64,000 bases of DNA from Octopus vulgaris (lineage: Eukaryota): the NCBI GenBank assembly GCA_951406725.2, contig OX597814.1, positions 58,280,001 to 58,344,000 on the forward strand, in the 5' to 3' direction. A program made the translations under genes and the position numbers. The stretch's first letter is position 1. Each line of letters opens with the position of its first letter. Positions 13,070 to 27,993 of this stretch are shown one piece after another. The notes under the pieces are model-generated. The model was not told the DNA's origin and did not search any database. It saw nothing but the letters and a program-made list of their open reading frames with translations.

Positions 13070-13933
13070 GGACACACAAAAAACAAGGAGAGAAAGAGAG
13101 TAAGAGAGTAGGGGTGAAGAGCAGTAGCAGTGAAGAGAAGTAGGAATGAAGAGAAGTAGGAGTGAAGAGTAGTAGGAGTCGGGGCAAAAGAGGAGAGTTG
13201 GGTGAGAAGAAGGAGGAGTGAGGGGGAGAGAGGAGAGAAGGAGAGTGAGGGAGCAGAGAGAAAGAGAGAAGAGAGAAAGAGAGTAAGAGAGAAGAGGGAA
13301 AGATAGTAGGGGTGAAAAGATGTAGGAATGAAGAGAAGTAAGAGTCGGGGAGGAGGTTAGATGAAGAGGGGAGGAGAGTTGAGCCCAAATGGCGTAATAT
13401 ATATACGTATATATATATATAATTCTAGAATTATAAGCATAATTATAATTAGGGTTCAGCAAATTGCCTTACCACAAACCGAAATTTAGAAATAGCAGTT
13501 AAATACTATTACTCAACCATAAGATATCTCCCGGATAGCAGTATTCTTAATTCGCGCAGCTAAAGAGAAAAACATAACGAATGCACCCGGCTTTCATCAA
13601 CCTCATACGCGTTTCTGGATTAAAGAGATGTAAAACTTTTTATTTTACTCAATTATTTCCGTCTTATTATGTTATAGTTTACCGCTCATATAGACGTGCA
13701 TACACAATGATTTGTCTTTCTTTTTCAGCCTTTCGTCTGCCCTATTAGGTTTGTTAGCGATCAGATGGTGAATATTCTCTTGTGGAATTTCTTGCTAAGT
13801 GGAATTTCTTGCTAAGTTTCATGTAATAATTTCCTATTACCTATTTGTATTCTCCCTTATTGTATCTTATTTTATATATTTATATATAATCAAAAAACGA
13901 TGTTTTATGGAGTGGCTATTTACTTTAACATGT

Positions 13934-13982
<49 letters not shown>

Positions 13983-14096
13983 TATATATATACGTAAATA
14001 TATATATATATACATATAATAAATATTAGGGAATAAATCCAAATTTACAGGGAAAAAATCAGATTTAGGATTAAATCCGATTTTATAGTAAAATAT

Positions 14097-14435
14097 TATA
14101 TAATATTAATTCGAGACAAAACCACTATTTTGCAAAACAAACAAGGAAAGACTTAATCAATACATAAAAATTTTAATATAAAATAAATAAACCGCCACTA
14201 CAATCGTTTCATGTCTTCAAATGACATTCGTCAGGTGGATTTCCGATCTACTAATCAGTTTTAAAATTAAAACTGATTAGTAGATCGGAAATCCACCTGA
14301 CGAATGTCATTTGAAGACATGAAACGATTGTAGTGGCGGTTTATTTATTTTATATTAAAATTTTTATGTATTGATTAAGTCTTTCCTTGTTTGTTTTGCA
14401 AAATAGTGGTTTTTAGTCTCGAATTAATATTATAT
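14097..14435. repeat. Near-perfect palindrome: ~168-bp arms, 2-nt centre, extra tail 14020..14096, flanked by (TA)n
   Basis: Symmetry centre at 14265/14266 (cagttttaa-aa-ttaaaactg). Confidence 0.97.
14293..14336 (+). ncRNA. Type I hammerhead ribozyme motif with canonical core (mirror copy at 14195..14238 on the minus strand)
   Basis: ccac-CTGACGA-atgtc(atttgaa)gacat-GAAAC-gatt-GTA-gtgg: stems I and II pair perfectly and all core nucleotides are canonical. Confidence 0.9.
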
Positions 14436-14442
14436 ATACATA

Positions 14443-14526
<84 letters not shown>

Positions 14527-16902
14527 ATATATATGGGGGAGCATGTATGTAAACACACAGACATACACACATACACACATACGCACACACACTGAAGGTT
14601 CGCTTTTATATGGCTATATTTAAAATACTTTCATTTAAATTGTGAGGAAATGATATGCGTAAAACTATTAAAAGAAATAGACAACTTACGTAACTGATCT
14701 ATTGATCATTTAACTATTAAAATATATGATGTTAATTGAACATACATACAAATGATTAAAGGCGTATCTATCAAAATCGATCAAATTCATATATTGGTTT
14801 GAATTAAAATTCGTGCAGCGATATATCATTTAAGAGTTATACAAATTATTAACAAAATGATAGGCAAGAAATCAGATAAGCTGAAAATATTTGCATATAT
14901 TCAATATAAGTATTTAAAGTTTCAGGGTTTCCGGTAAGGTGACTTTCCCCCAAAGTTATGGTAGAAGAGGAAATTGATCTCAAATTCCATGGCACCTGGC
15001 TTTTATTCATACTTTGTGTTTAAAACGAAACTGCTAAATGTAAGATCAAATATAGTAATTTCATTTGTGAAGTCATAATATATTGTTGACATATCTCTAT
15101 TTTATTATATGCGCTCACGTTTATATGAAGCCTAACCAGATATAGAATACAACATTTAAGTTAATGGTGCGCAAACTCACTTACTGCATTCATTCATAAT
15201 CTCGTGGAAATATTCCATCGCAGAACGTAGTGTCTGAAAATGAAGAACCTAAGATGTTCCAACAAAATTTCTTACAAATCCTGAATATCACTTGCTACGA
15301 TAAATAATTATATTCTAGCTTTCAGAAGTGGTCCTGTATGTGTTATGCCATGTCTTATTTATCAACAGTGCTAGTAAGGTCATCTATTTTGCATTCGTGA
15401 TATTTGAGTACCAAAGTATAACCTGTCTTTAGAGGGTCAAAGTGGTAAAATACAAAAAGTGTCAAGTTGTTTCGGGATCTTTGGCAGACATACTTATTCA
15501 TCGTAAACTTGGAACACAATAATCGTAAACCAAAATACGTGTCTCATTAAGCATGAACAAAAGCATGAACTTAGTCAATCACATAAAAAGTTCAGAAGTG
15601 AATAATTATCGACCATTCTCTCTCTCTTTCTCTCTCTCCCCCTCTCTTTCTCTCTCTCTCCCACTCTCTTTTTCTCGCTCTCTTTCTCTCTCTCCCTCTC
15701 TCCTTCTTTCTATCTATCAATTTGTGTGCCTGTCTGTCTGTTTGTCTCTGTTTCTGTCTTTCTCTCGCTCTCTCTCTTTCTCTCTTTCTATTGATCTATC
15801 TTCCTATATATATACAGTATATGTGTAAGTATATACGTATGTATGTGTGTCTATGGTGTCAGTATGTATGTATGTATCTCGCTATCTCAAAATATTCTAA
15901 GAAAAGCATGAAATTATGAGACTGAAACTTCGCGTAAATATATGGTCTGATGAAAGTAGTATCATACGTAATTCAGAAAATAAACATGGAAGCTCTTTCT
16001 TTGATATTCTTTTTTTCAGAGACATGGGAATTTCATTTATGGGACAACCATTCACAACATATATCAAGTAGAGGTCAAAATATATATTTCACGTAGAATT
16101 CCTTTTAAAGACTATGATCGGATTTATAATTTTTTTTATTTCTCGATATGGTGTTTCTGTTTTAAAATATTTGGATTTGTTTATGTACAATAAAACAGAA
16201 GGAAATAGTAAATTTATTTTTGCTAAAAACAAGAAAATTATTTTTGCTAAAAACAAGAACTTTATTTTTTACAGTTTGTTTTTAAACGGAAGTCTTTTAA
16301 TGTCATATATAAACCACTTTTGTAAGTTAAGATTAAAATGGTAAACTTTCTCGATGTCTTGCAGTCATAATTTTTTACACAAACGTAAGAAAGAGAGTGC
16401 TATTACAGACAAGATGTTGCGATAAACATGTCAAAAACAAAAAGAATACACACTTTTTCTCTGAAGTCATATGGTATACCTTTAGTATGAATCGATGTCC
16501 GACTGTAAATGTTGAATTATAAATCTTATCGTAAAATAACATGAAACTTTGGAACTTCATCGCTATTACTATATTAATACAGCAATATCAAAATATAATA
16601 AAGCTAATGTTGGCTTCCACTATTGCAAATTTGAGCTATAAGTAACATAATACAAAAACAACATGAAAAAGCAAAAAGAAAACCCACAATGCTTGTGTAT
16701 GGATTCATTCAATCGAGAATGAATTTTCAGCGTTGCATGGATATATAATCCCAAAAGGAAGTGAACATATAAATTAAAGAATAATATAAATTTAAGAAAG
16801 GTGAACGAAACAAACGGAAAACTCTAGCTAGAAAGAAGGTTAGTAAAACACATTAGCACGCACACACACACACACACATACACACACACATACACTCACA
16901 TA

Positions 16903-17870
16903 TGCAAGGTAGTATCAAAAAGCTCCCGGACATCTTTTTTGCAGCGCACCGATAGATGACAATACACGGTTGCGTGTGCAGTGAGAACTGACAGTGACCT
17001 TCTTGAGATAGTATGCCGAGTGACATACTTTTGTTTACTTCGCAAATTGTTAAATTTGTGTTCTTGTGATCAAGATAACGCTATAGTCTTCTATTTGTCA
17101 TGGGCAGGAAGGCGCAACAAAGAGCCAACATGAAACTTTGTGTTAAACTTGGGAAGTCAGTTACAGAGAAATTGAGTGTGCCAAGCCAAGCTTACGGCTG
17201 CGAAGCAATGGGTCGCGCGCAATGTTTCGAGTGTAACAAGCACTTCAAAAACCGAGAGAAGTTCATGGAAGGTTATGAGTGACATGGTAGTCCTGCTACG
17301 AGCATCACCCCCAGACATGTGGAGAAAATTCACCTGCTTGTGCAAAGGGATCGTCGGAAGACAATCAATGCCTTTACTAATGTTGCTTGTATGTCGTATG
17401 GGTCCGCACAGGCAATAATAACGTCTGGAATGAATATGCGGCGTGTCTTTGCTAAGTTTGTCTCCTGTCTACAAACCACTGTGTATAAAGAACATCGCGT
17501 GGACGTCTGTCAAGATCTCAGTGAGCATGCTGCTTATGACTCATCCTTCATGTTGAGAGAGTTGGGTCTACGGATACAACACTGAGATGAAACAGCAGTC
17601 GCCAAAATGGAAGAACCCTGCATTTCCTCGACAGAAGAATGTACTACAGAGCTGCAGCCCACTCAAGACCATGCTATATTTTTTTTACATCCACGGTATT
17701 GTGCATCGTGAATTCGTCTCCCTGTGCTAGGCCGTCAATCGAGAGTTGTACTCCAACGTTTTGAAGCTTTTGAGAGAGGACATTCGATGAAAACGATCGG
17801 ATCTGTAGAGCGCGAAGAATTGGGTTCTTCACAACGATAATACACCCTGTTAACGAGCGCTCGTCCCTCA
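16903..17870 (+). mobile_element. Decayed, 3'-truncated mariner transposon
   Basis: QQRANMKLCVKLGKSVTE...AYG...AQCFEC (HTH), WVYGYN.EMKQQS..WK, GIVHREFV and WVLHNDNTPC motifs with stops and frameshifts; left TIR-like gtatcaaaaagctcccggac. Confidence 0.9.
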
Positions 17871-20038
17871 TAGTAACCATAGAATCACAGACAGATGCCC
17901 ATCCATGTAGCTACAGTTAAACAATCATTTATAAAGACACTGGTGATAAAACTACAAATTTAATTTTTTACTGAATTGTATTATGTACTGGAAATTCACA
18001 AGAAACTTAAAATCATGAAGGTAGATATCTGGAATTTAATTCGGAACAGAATGTCGTTTAATTTTTCTTCTTAACTTAAATCACGCTGTAAAAAAAATCC
18101 TATTCTTGTTTCACACTTTCAAAATGTTGACCAAACCAATGTTGGCGCCATATAAATGCCTGATTAGACTTTCTGTGATATAAGTCTGAATTATGAACTT
18201 ACTGCAACATAGTTCTTCAAAGATATTTTCTCTAACCATACTTTTTTGTTTTTTATGTAGTGCTAGAAATATTATCTTCCTGAAGATGATTACTTTATGT
18301 TCTCCAGAACACATTTTTTCCGTGCTCAATGTTTCTTCTCAACAGCTTGGGATTGGTCAAATAAGTAGAGGTCCAAGGTTGCTGTTTGGAGAAACATGTA
18401 TCAAGGTGTCAGGAAATATACTTTGCTTATTTTTGCTGCTTCTCTATGTGAGTTTGGAGATAAATCGGCGACCTTTCACCTGGATAAATTTTGTCGACGT
18501 GAAAAGGGTGATCTGCGAGAGTTCTAAAAACAATCATATTTTCATGTTTAGCGCTATGTGCAGATACATATATTAGACGTGATGGATTGTTGTATTTTAA
18601 CTGAATTACTTGAAAAAGTAAACATTAATATTGTCTACGCTGAGGAATATAAAATATAATTAAATTGACAAATGCTAAACTTTCAACTATTCACACTGCT
18701 AACTGCTTTTGAATTCCCTCGTCGGCATTGAAATCACTCATTCGACGACAGGGTGCGTCAGTGGGTCATTAATATGTAAACAAATATGTACGTGATGCTG
18801 TTTATGCTACTGTATTGATTTCAAATTTTGGGATAAGGCCACGAATTTCACAGGAATGATAAGTCAATTACATCAACCTCAATGTTTAGATTGTTCTCAT
18901 TTTATCGTTCCCGAAAATACAGAATGCAAAATGAACCTCGGCATAATTTTACCTCAGAACGTAAAGTCTGACAAAATGCAGCTAAGGATTCTGCCAGCTA
19001 GCCGCCTTTTTCATGGTAATATATTAATTAATATCATATATGATTAATATATTGTATGAATGAACTATCATTTAATCTTGCATCTATGTGAACAAAAAGT
19101 TGTTTTACTAATAATGATATTAACTTGATATCATCTATCTAAATTTTAAGTTCCATTTTCAAGATGAACGCAATTCTAATTAAAAAAAAATCCGTGTATT
19201 ATATTCTTCAGGAGTTACAACTATCCTTATTGTGATACATTCGTACATCAGCCCAATTAGTGTTTCATGATGAGGTGGCCCAATCTTTGTTGCTATTATA
19301 TTTCAGTCTGATTTCATTCATATAGTTTCCATAACAGAAATATCTTACCAATGGATATGAAAATGTTCATAAGTCATGAAACCTTACATTCTAACTTTGT
19401 ATTTCGATTATCCTACGCATTAATTGAGAAAGTAATAACTCTCAGAAATCATATATTATTCAGCAGCTGCGACGGTTCTATGCTGAAATATCATCTTAAA
19501 TTAAATATCAAAATATTAAAATCCCTTTGTTAATCTGCGGATAGCAATATCTATGAATGTTTCAAATTATTCATACTTGTAGGATAAGAATAATATGTCT
19601 AATTTACTGTAGTTTAATAGTTAATCTACATGAGATTTCATGAGATATGGATGTGTAAAATAGACAGGTCTAGTGTGATATTACGAAACAGCGTATGAAT
19701 TATGAATCATACAGTATCAGAACAGTAAATCTTTTGAGGAGTCGTAAGTTTTCATAGTCATAAACTGGGTTTTGTGATACCTATTCAAAGTTATAGGATA
19801 TTGTATGACTGATTATAGTGTTGTTGGTAAATGTGCTTTCCTATATACTGCTTAAAGACATTCGTCATGTAGTATTGAAGTGTATAACTGCGTGTATGCA
19901 TACAAGACTAAGCGATCTATAATGACGTAAGAGTGCAACTATTCTGGCAAATGAATTTGTGATTTATTGTTTTACTTTATACTTTTATGTATTATGAATA
20001 ATTATATATGAATAACTTACTTATACACGTAGTCTCTG

Positions 20039-21046
20039 CTCTGCTTCAATAAAACAAAACAACATTTTTTTTCGAAATTTCAGTTTCATAAGATTTTAAA
20101 AACTGATTCTTACTATTTTTAACCTGCTAAATTCAAATCTGAAAACGCCTATGTTCTACTTACTCTACTTTTCAGGCAAATTTAAGTTTTGCATTCTAGC
20201 TGTTTGCGGTCAAATTAATTAGACGTTTGTTATTTAAAATGCTTCCAATACATAGTCTCTGCTCTCCCTGCTCTCTCGAAGAAGATAAAAATAAGTGTGT
20301 TTGATACATTGCTGATTCGTAGCTTGTATGTGACAAAGAATTTATCAGATAGATGAATAGCACGTAAATGACTGCGTGGTTTTCATTCTTGGCGGCAATA
20401 GAAAAATTTCTCGGTAATAAAATGGTTGACAACTATGAAACTCCTGTAGCTAATACGTTGTCAGCTTTTCATAATTTGGGATGTAACATGAGTGTCAAAC
20501 TCCATTTCACGTACACTCATCTTGATAGATTTCCTGAAAACCTAGGAGCAGTAAATGAAGGACAAGGCGAGCGGTTACATCAGGACCTGAAAACCATGGA
20601 AGAATTTTACCAAGGGATATGGAACAAACACATGGTGGCAAACTAGTGCCGTAGCCCTGAGACAGTTCACAAACCCAAGACTTGAAGCTAAAATTTCCTG
20701 CCCGAATAGACCACAATTGAGCTTTACAACCTCATAGTAACTAATTTCTTATTTATCAATAAGTTTTATTTACTATAACCTTCGCTTATTAGGGAAGATA
20801 TTTCCGATTGTGTTCTTCAATAAATTTATACTATGTTGCATTTTAAAACATCAGATTTTTTCCTGATAGACTGTGACGTCAATGTGATGAAGAAGAAATT
20901 TTAAATACCTTGGTTTTGAAATACCTTGATTACAAAAAAAACTAGAGTATTTAGGAAATAATCAACTTCAGACCTGATACCTATGCACTCAAATTAGACG
21001 ATACCAAGTGTTGATATCAATGCAATAGAAAATTTATTGAACAGTG
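20039..21046 (+). mobile_element. Internally deleted Chapaev3-like (CMC) DNA transposon
   Basis: ORF 20368..20646 contains FLGNK..DNY...LGCNMSVKLHF...HLDRFPENLGAVNEGQGERLHQDL; ends ctctgcttcaataaa / tttattgaacagtg. Family name is from motif recall. Confidence 0.7.
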
Positions 21047-21109
21047 TTATCTGTTAATCAATATACATAAACACACACATAGATACATATATAGATAGAT
21101 AAATAGTGA

Positions 21110-21308
21110 ACTGTCCCGTCGTTAGAACACCCATCAAATTAACATTGCCTGTGCAGGTGCACCATATGCCATATGTCAGATGGAATGATCGCAAAGCAAC
21201 GTGAAATAAAGTGTTTTGCTCAAGAACACAATGCAATACCCGGTCTGGGAATCAAAAGCACGATCTCACAATCGTGAGTGCAACACCCTAACCACCAAGC
21301 CATGCACC

Positions 21309-21310
<2 letters not shown>
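21110..21310 (-). mobile_element. SINE family B
   Basis: gcaacgtgaaataaagtg..ttgctcaagaacacaa...gaatc...ccctaaccac block shared with 52560..52740 and 62030..62140. Confidence 0.7.
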
Positions 21311-21354
<44 letters not shown>

Positions 21355-22096
21355 TGTATGTATGTATGTATGTATGTATGTATGCATCAGGTAATTATTT
21401 TGAGTCTAATTCTAAGACTGTATGGCCATAAATGTTTCAAATAGGCCATGTCACCATGTATCAGGTCTTCAAATTGCGAAACAAAAGAGTAAGTTGAATT
21501 GCGTAAAATCTAGACCTTACAGAGAAAAACTAACCTCAGATTGGAATTCAACATGCTCAAATGAGTTAAGAACAAGTGCTGGTATTAATGTAAGAAAAAT
21601 TTTGTTTTCTATCTTTCTATTTACCTCTGTTTCCATTAAATATTTTTAAAATTAGGATGATTAATTGCCTTTTTTAATAGTTTTGTAATCTTGCAATAAG
21701 AAATAGTTTCAATTTGAATTTCAAAATGGTCTTGTACTTACTTTGTACTCTATCATACTTTCTGATAACTATCAAGTTTTCAATGTAAAAATTGTTTGCT
21801 TCGAAGCCCATAGACTCAGTTCCTAAAATCCAAGCACTCGCCTTTGGCATATAAAAAGTGTCATTGAAATTACATTAGAAATTTTACGAGCCGTATACCT
21901 TAGATATTTATCTGCCCGTTTGGAAATCATTTACATATATTAAAGAACCCTACTTTTGGTACATTAAACTCTAACGCCTACATACGACTATGCGTAACTT
22001 CGTTCAATTTTTCTAACAAAATGCTCTTTTCTTGAAAAATAGAACACAGTTAACAATAACTGTTATTAGTGCTTCAGATTATTTAATGCAGTCAAG

Positions 22097-22177
<81 letters not shown>

Positions 22178-23740
22178 AGTCACTGATAAATAGGTTAGCG
22201 TTGTTAGGTTCCGAATCAAACATAATGGAGCAAATCTTTGATTCTAATTGTGATTTGAATGTGATTTAACTGCTATATCTACCTATACTAGTGACTGCAT
22301 GAAATATCTTTCGTTGATCCATAACACAGACTTTGTGATAGGGCAGCTGTTGTTTGTTTTTAAAGTTCATGTTTTTCAAAGTAAGTCTACATATGATAAA
22401 CAAAATTGCTAATCAACATAATTAACGGCTAGATGTAAGATGTTCGTATCGTTTTTTAAAATATTGATGGATGAGATACATAATAGATGCGAAGATGTGA
22501 GAAGCGATGTATAGAATATTTTTAGTTTTGAGTATACACGCCACTCACTGATTACATATATAAAAATAATGGCTTTGAAAAGTTTTCCCAAAAGGCCTCG
22601 GGCATAAAGTACGTTTGGTTAATTGCAAGCTATCTAACACCCTCCTCTCTTTCATGCTATCCTTTCATTTTGGCTTGATTTTAAAATTAATGACTTTTTC
22701 TCATATTAAAATTATGATTTCAATTAACTAGCTTCCTTTTTCGCTTCACTATATTTAATCATGATATCTTCCGTCAAACTATGTTCTTTTGCAATATACA
22801 TCTAATATTCTTCATTGAACATTATATTAGTTACTGAAGACATATTAAGTCAAGTGCATACTAAATTCATTTCGCATTCATGAGCTCTGAATTTTGATTT
22901 CACTCTGTATGCTGTATGAGCAATGTTCGGGAGTGCGCGTGCATGTGTGTGTTTATATGTCTATATGTGCGAGCGCGTGCGTGTTTTAAGTCGACACAAT
23001 TTATTGGAACGGATTTCCATATATTATTATCTTCTCCGTTCCTAGACATACACTGCCGTATCAATATGGACAATTTTCTGTTTAGTACAATACTTTTCAC
23101 TATGGTATATACCTCATATCTCTTAGAATATATTGCGGAACTATTGAATAGATCTATACAAAAGGGAATACCGTCGAATGAATATTACCTATAATTTAAA
23201 ACACAAACCTTCGCAAACTCAGTGGCATGCTAAATCTACCTGCGATTAACTTTGAATTATTCGTGTATCTAAATGACCAAACACAAACTCCCTAATTCAA
23301 TGAACAGATTATTCGATGTTAAAACTGGAAATTCATGACCATAACATCTCATAGATATCCATTATATTAGTTACTAATTACAAGCTTCCTCTTTGACATA
23401 CTTATTATATTATAGAATGGTCTCATTAAAGTAGAGTGGAGACATCGATGTCACTGAACAAAAATAACCTAATGAATTTGAATCCAACTTGTCACTCGTT
23501 TCTATCTCCTTTGCATTTCTTTGGTTTATGACAAAAATGATTTCAGTACTCGAGAAAGCGCTGGGGTCGACGTAACCGACTAATAATAGACGAAATGGTT
23601 ACTCTGCAAGAATGCAATTCTGTAAACAAAACAAGAATGCAAAGGAAGGCGTAATCTACTGCCAATAGTTTTCAATAACTATATATACAGAAATCATTCT
23701 TACCAGACAAAAATTAATTACTACAAACTTGAAATCAACA

Positions 23741-23882
23741 TTAAACCTTTGAACGTGTAACACCGGTTTATCGGTGACTGGCTTATTTTTCTCTATACCG
23801 TAGCGCCACTCAATACCGTAACCGGTGGAGTGCCAGGTATATGGTCAAGTAAGGTTCGGGAGGTCAGATCTCAAAGGGTTAA
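23741..23882. mobile_element. Small piggyBac-like MITE
   Basis: TTAA-acctttga ... tcaaaggg-TTAA ends. Confidence 0.5.
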
Positions 23883-24488
23883 TGGTCATTGCTACGCCAT
23901 TTCTGAAAACATAAATGTAATACAATCGCCCCCATTGTTAGTCACGCGATACCACTTCATTAGGAATCATTTTCTGTTTAGTATAATACTTTTTACTATC
24001 GTATATATCTCGTATCTCTTAAATTTCATCCCGGAACTATTCAGTTGATCAATACAGAAAGGATAATATTGAAAATCAAATAAGATACAATAAAATAAAT
24101 GCATTTGTAAAGACAATAAATATAAAGATATTAAGATACCAGAATTGTTGTTATGAGTTAGCTAGAACAGGATGAGGATTACCCTTGACATTTTCAGACC
24201 GTTCCAGGCAGGTTATATTGATACTGGTATTGTTAAAACTGAACAAATGTAATTCAATTATTAAGCAATATACACGTGGGAGAAAGCGATCGTAGATGAC
24301 TGAAGTTCTAGTAAGGAAGAACCCGGTACAAGGTTTTGTTTTTAAGTTTGCATGGTATCGGTGGAAAACAGAAATTAATACCTGTGTGTCTGTTAGAGTT
24401 GATGGACTAGAATAAGTTGATAGCTGACTCATGAAACTAGATTATTTTTTATATTATGGATCAGGCTATCTCATAGGTATTCGATGTG

Positions 24489-24532
<44 letters not shown>

Positions 24533-24771
24533 TATGTGTAGTACATGTCTATTTCAGTTTGACGTCTCGAGTTTTATGACAGTGCCTAATTCATTGAATC
24601 TTAGTAAATCTCATGTTTGACACGGATTGGGTGTTTTTGCGTTGATTTGTTCGTTGTTTTCTCGTAACTAGAGTCATGTTCTTTGTTTCGGCATTACCTT
24701 AACTCTTTCTTTCCTTTTTACTTTCTTACTTTCCTTCTTTCTTTTTTCTGACTGTCTTTCTGACTGTCTTT

Positions 24772-24861
<90 letters not shown>

Positions 24862-26326
24862 TTCCTTTGTTAGTTTATTTCGTTTGTTTGTTCGTTGTTT
24901 CCTTGCCACGCACCTCCGATAGGTTTATCTCTTTTGTTCTCTTCTGTTTCCATTTCCTCGCTAGACGTTTCTATTTTCTCTGTCCTAGTCGCTTTATACC
25001 TACATCTCCCCTTTCTTTTGTGGTATCAGATCTCTAACTACCATATCTAATAAGCGTTGAAAGCCTAGGGCAATAATCCATGGAGTGACACACGGAACTG
25101 TTTATCTGCATTTCGTTTATTCAACATGGAATGTATTCTTAACTTCAAGCGTACTGAAATCAAAAGTAAAGATGCCAGGTCAAAATGGAAGCAGAAAGAA
25201 ATGGCAAAAAAGGGGACGTAAGATGGCGAAGTAAAAACGGTTGAGGGATGGGAGTAGACAAAAGCAGAAAGAGAATGTAAAGAAAAAAGAGGAACAAGAA
25301 GAAAGTTGTCGTTTCTGTGCAAAACATATTTTCTGTTATGTATTGAATACGCTCTAATTTTAAATACTGATTCTGTTTCCGTCTAAAATTTTGTAGGAGA
25401 CACTTGCGTATTTTATTTCTATTTTGGAAAATAAAGTTATTTATTTCGTCGTCAAATACTCCAAACATTTCTCGCATCATTTTCTGATTGTGATTTGTCG
25501 TGGAGTATACAGTATTTACATTCACATACTGGCGTGTATATCAAATATCATATTCGCATATTATTCGAATGTAAGATGTGCAGGCTTTATCACTGGAACT
25601 ATTTTAGATTTTATCGATGAAATTTGAAAATTTAATCGCTACAATTTCTGTCATCAATCACCAGGAATATTTGCTTATGACGTGTATATTTACTCTTCGT
25701 GTTTACATTAATATTATTTTACGGTGGATGTAATCGTTCCATCATTAATCATCTAATTTTGTGGAGAATTCTATAGTTAAAAATGATGATTTATAAATCT
25801 AAGAAACGACTTTAATTCTGATGATAATGTCAAAACAAGTTTGGGTGTTAAAGTTTACGCAAGTAACATTCAATAAACATTATTTTGGTAGTTACTCATG
25901 GCAACAGCAACTGGGAGTGAGATAATAATTTTGTGAAAGCATTAAGACATTGATGTTGGGTTTATGAAGTGTGTGTATGTACTTTTGTTTTGTTGAGTTT
26001 ATGTGTGTGCGAGTGTGTGTGTGTGGGTGTGTGTGTACGTCTGTGTGTGTGCGTGCATGTGCGTATTACCACTTGCTTTTGTCAAATTATATACAAAGGA
26101 GAATTTAACTTTAAAGTGAAGGGTTATTCAATACTTTTTATAGAGTACATGCTTATTTGGCTTTACAAACAGAACTTTCACAAAGATCTCCAGCATTCGA
26201 CTCGCTTGTCAACTACGACAGTGTGATGAAGCTACGGAGATGATCAAATTGAAAAACTGAAGTCACTGTCAAGTTCTCCCTCCTAAAATTATATACATAC
26301 ATATGTACATATATACTTACATTCAT

Positions 26327-26394
<68 letters not shown>

Positions 26395-26975
26395 TTATTG
26401 ATTTTGAATTGATGAATTTTACTACAGAAATAAACTACAAGACATGTATAATGTAATACTTGTTTGAAAACATGCAGCTTAAAGTCTAACACTATCATAA
26501 TTTGAGTAAAACAGATAACATGATAGCGACGAAATGTCCCTGAGAAGCAAGCAGGTAAATTGCTAAAAACAACTGATGAAACAGTTGCTTAGTGAAATAG
26601 TTAACCGGACCAGTTGATTTAGAAATGAAATTCAATCGTGTGTTTATGCTGGCAATTGCAGTGCTCCCAATTACAGCAATATACATGCGTGTGTTCATGG
26701 AATTATTCGCTATTTCAATACGTGGGAAAATGCTTTTCTTTCAGAGATAGAATAATAAAGATACTGCAATACTGAATTTAATATAGTTTGTATTAAATAT
26801 TTTCATACATCTATATGAGAGTTTATAGGGTTTGTTTGAGACAATGCCATTCCTAAAGGAATTAATGATTCAAGACCTCAACATCATTAACTGAATGATA
26901 TGATTCTCCTACTGGGCATAGCTATTGCTGTAAATGACACGTATATATGCCTGTATGCATGTAAGTAAGTATGCA

Positions 26976-27036
<61 letters not shown>

Positions 27037-27725
27037 TGTGTGTGTGTGTGTGTATACACACACTCAAAATGGCAAAGGTACGCACGCACACACACAGGTA
27101 TAAGAACAATGGTTCCTTTTTAACAGACCCATTGAAGTTAAGTCGTAGCATATACTAGTTTAACTGAGCAATTTATAAAAACACTTTTCCATAGATTATT
27201 ATCAGTGAAGCGTATGAATTAATAAAATGACTTGTGTTTTTGGAAGCTTCGTCTCAGTTTCTCAACTAACATTATTCATCAGCTATATGAAGTATGTTAA
27301 ATGTTGAATTATGAAAGAAATTAATTCGTGACATGAACTGGGATATCTACTAGCAGAGATAGTTTAACAGTAATATTGGCTCGAAATTTTATCACAAGGC
27401 CAGTAATTTCGGGGAGGGGTAAGTCGATTACATTGATCCCAGTGCAAAACTGGTAAATATTTCATCGTCACTGAAAGAGAAAATGGAAGTTGAACATAAA
27501 ACATAAAGACGGAGGAAATGCTGAAAACCATATTTTATTCGACGTGCTATAGATTCTGCCAACGTGACGCATTTACATTAATTATAACATTGGTTTCAAA
27601 TTTTAGTATAATGCCAGCTACTTCAAGGGCCGTGCTAAGTAGACTACCTATTTTATGAAGCCCGAAGAGATGAAAGGCAAAGTAAACCTCGGCGTAATTT
27701 GAACTCAGATGTGAAAATGGACAAC

Positions 27726-27754
<29 letters not shown>

Positions 27755-27756
<2 letters not shown>

Positions 27757-27939
27757 TGCCAAAGCCACTTTTCAGAAAGGGAAATTGGTAAAGTCAAGTT
27801 CAATGGAATTAGATGTCGAACCAGTAATAAAGGAACTTGAGCAGGAACAAACCTATAAATACCTAGGAATAAACGAAGGCTCTGGTATCCAGCATGCAAG
27901 AATTGAAAGAAGAGGCTAAAAAAAAAAAAAAAAAAAAAA

Positions 27940-27993
<54 letters not shown>

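Noticed and set aside
13600-13625. GAAACGCGTA half-hammerhead on the minus strand
   Set aside because: No upstream CUGANGA core or stem II found
18110-18530. Exon-like block on the minus strand
   Set aside because: Multiple stops in the frames checked and no motif recognised
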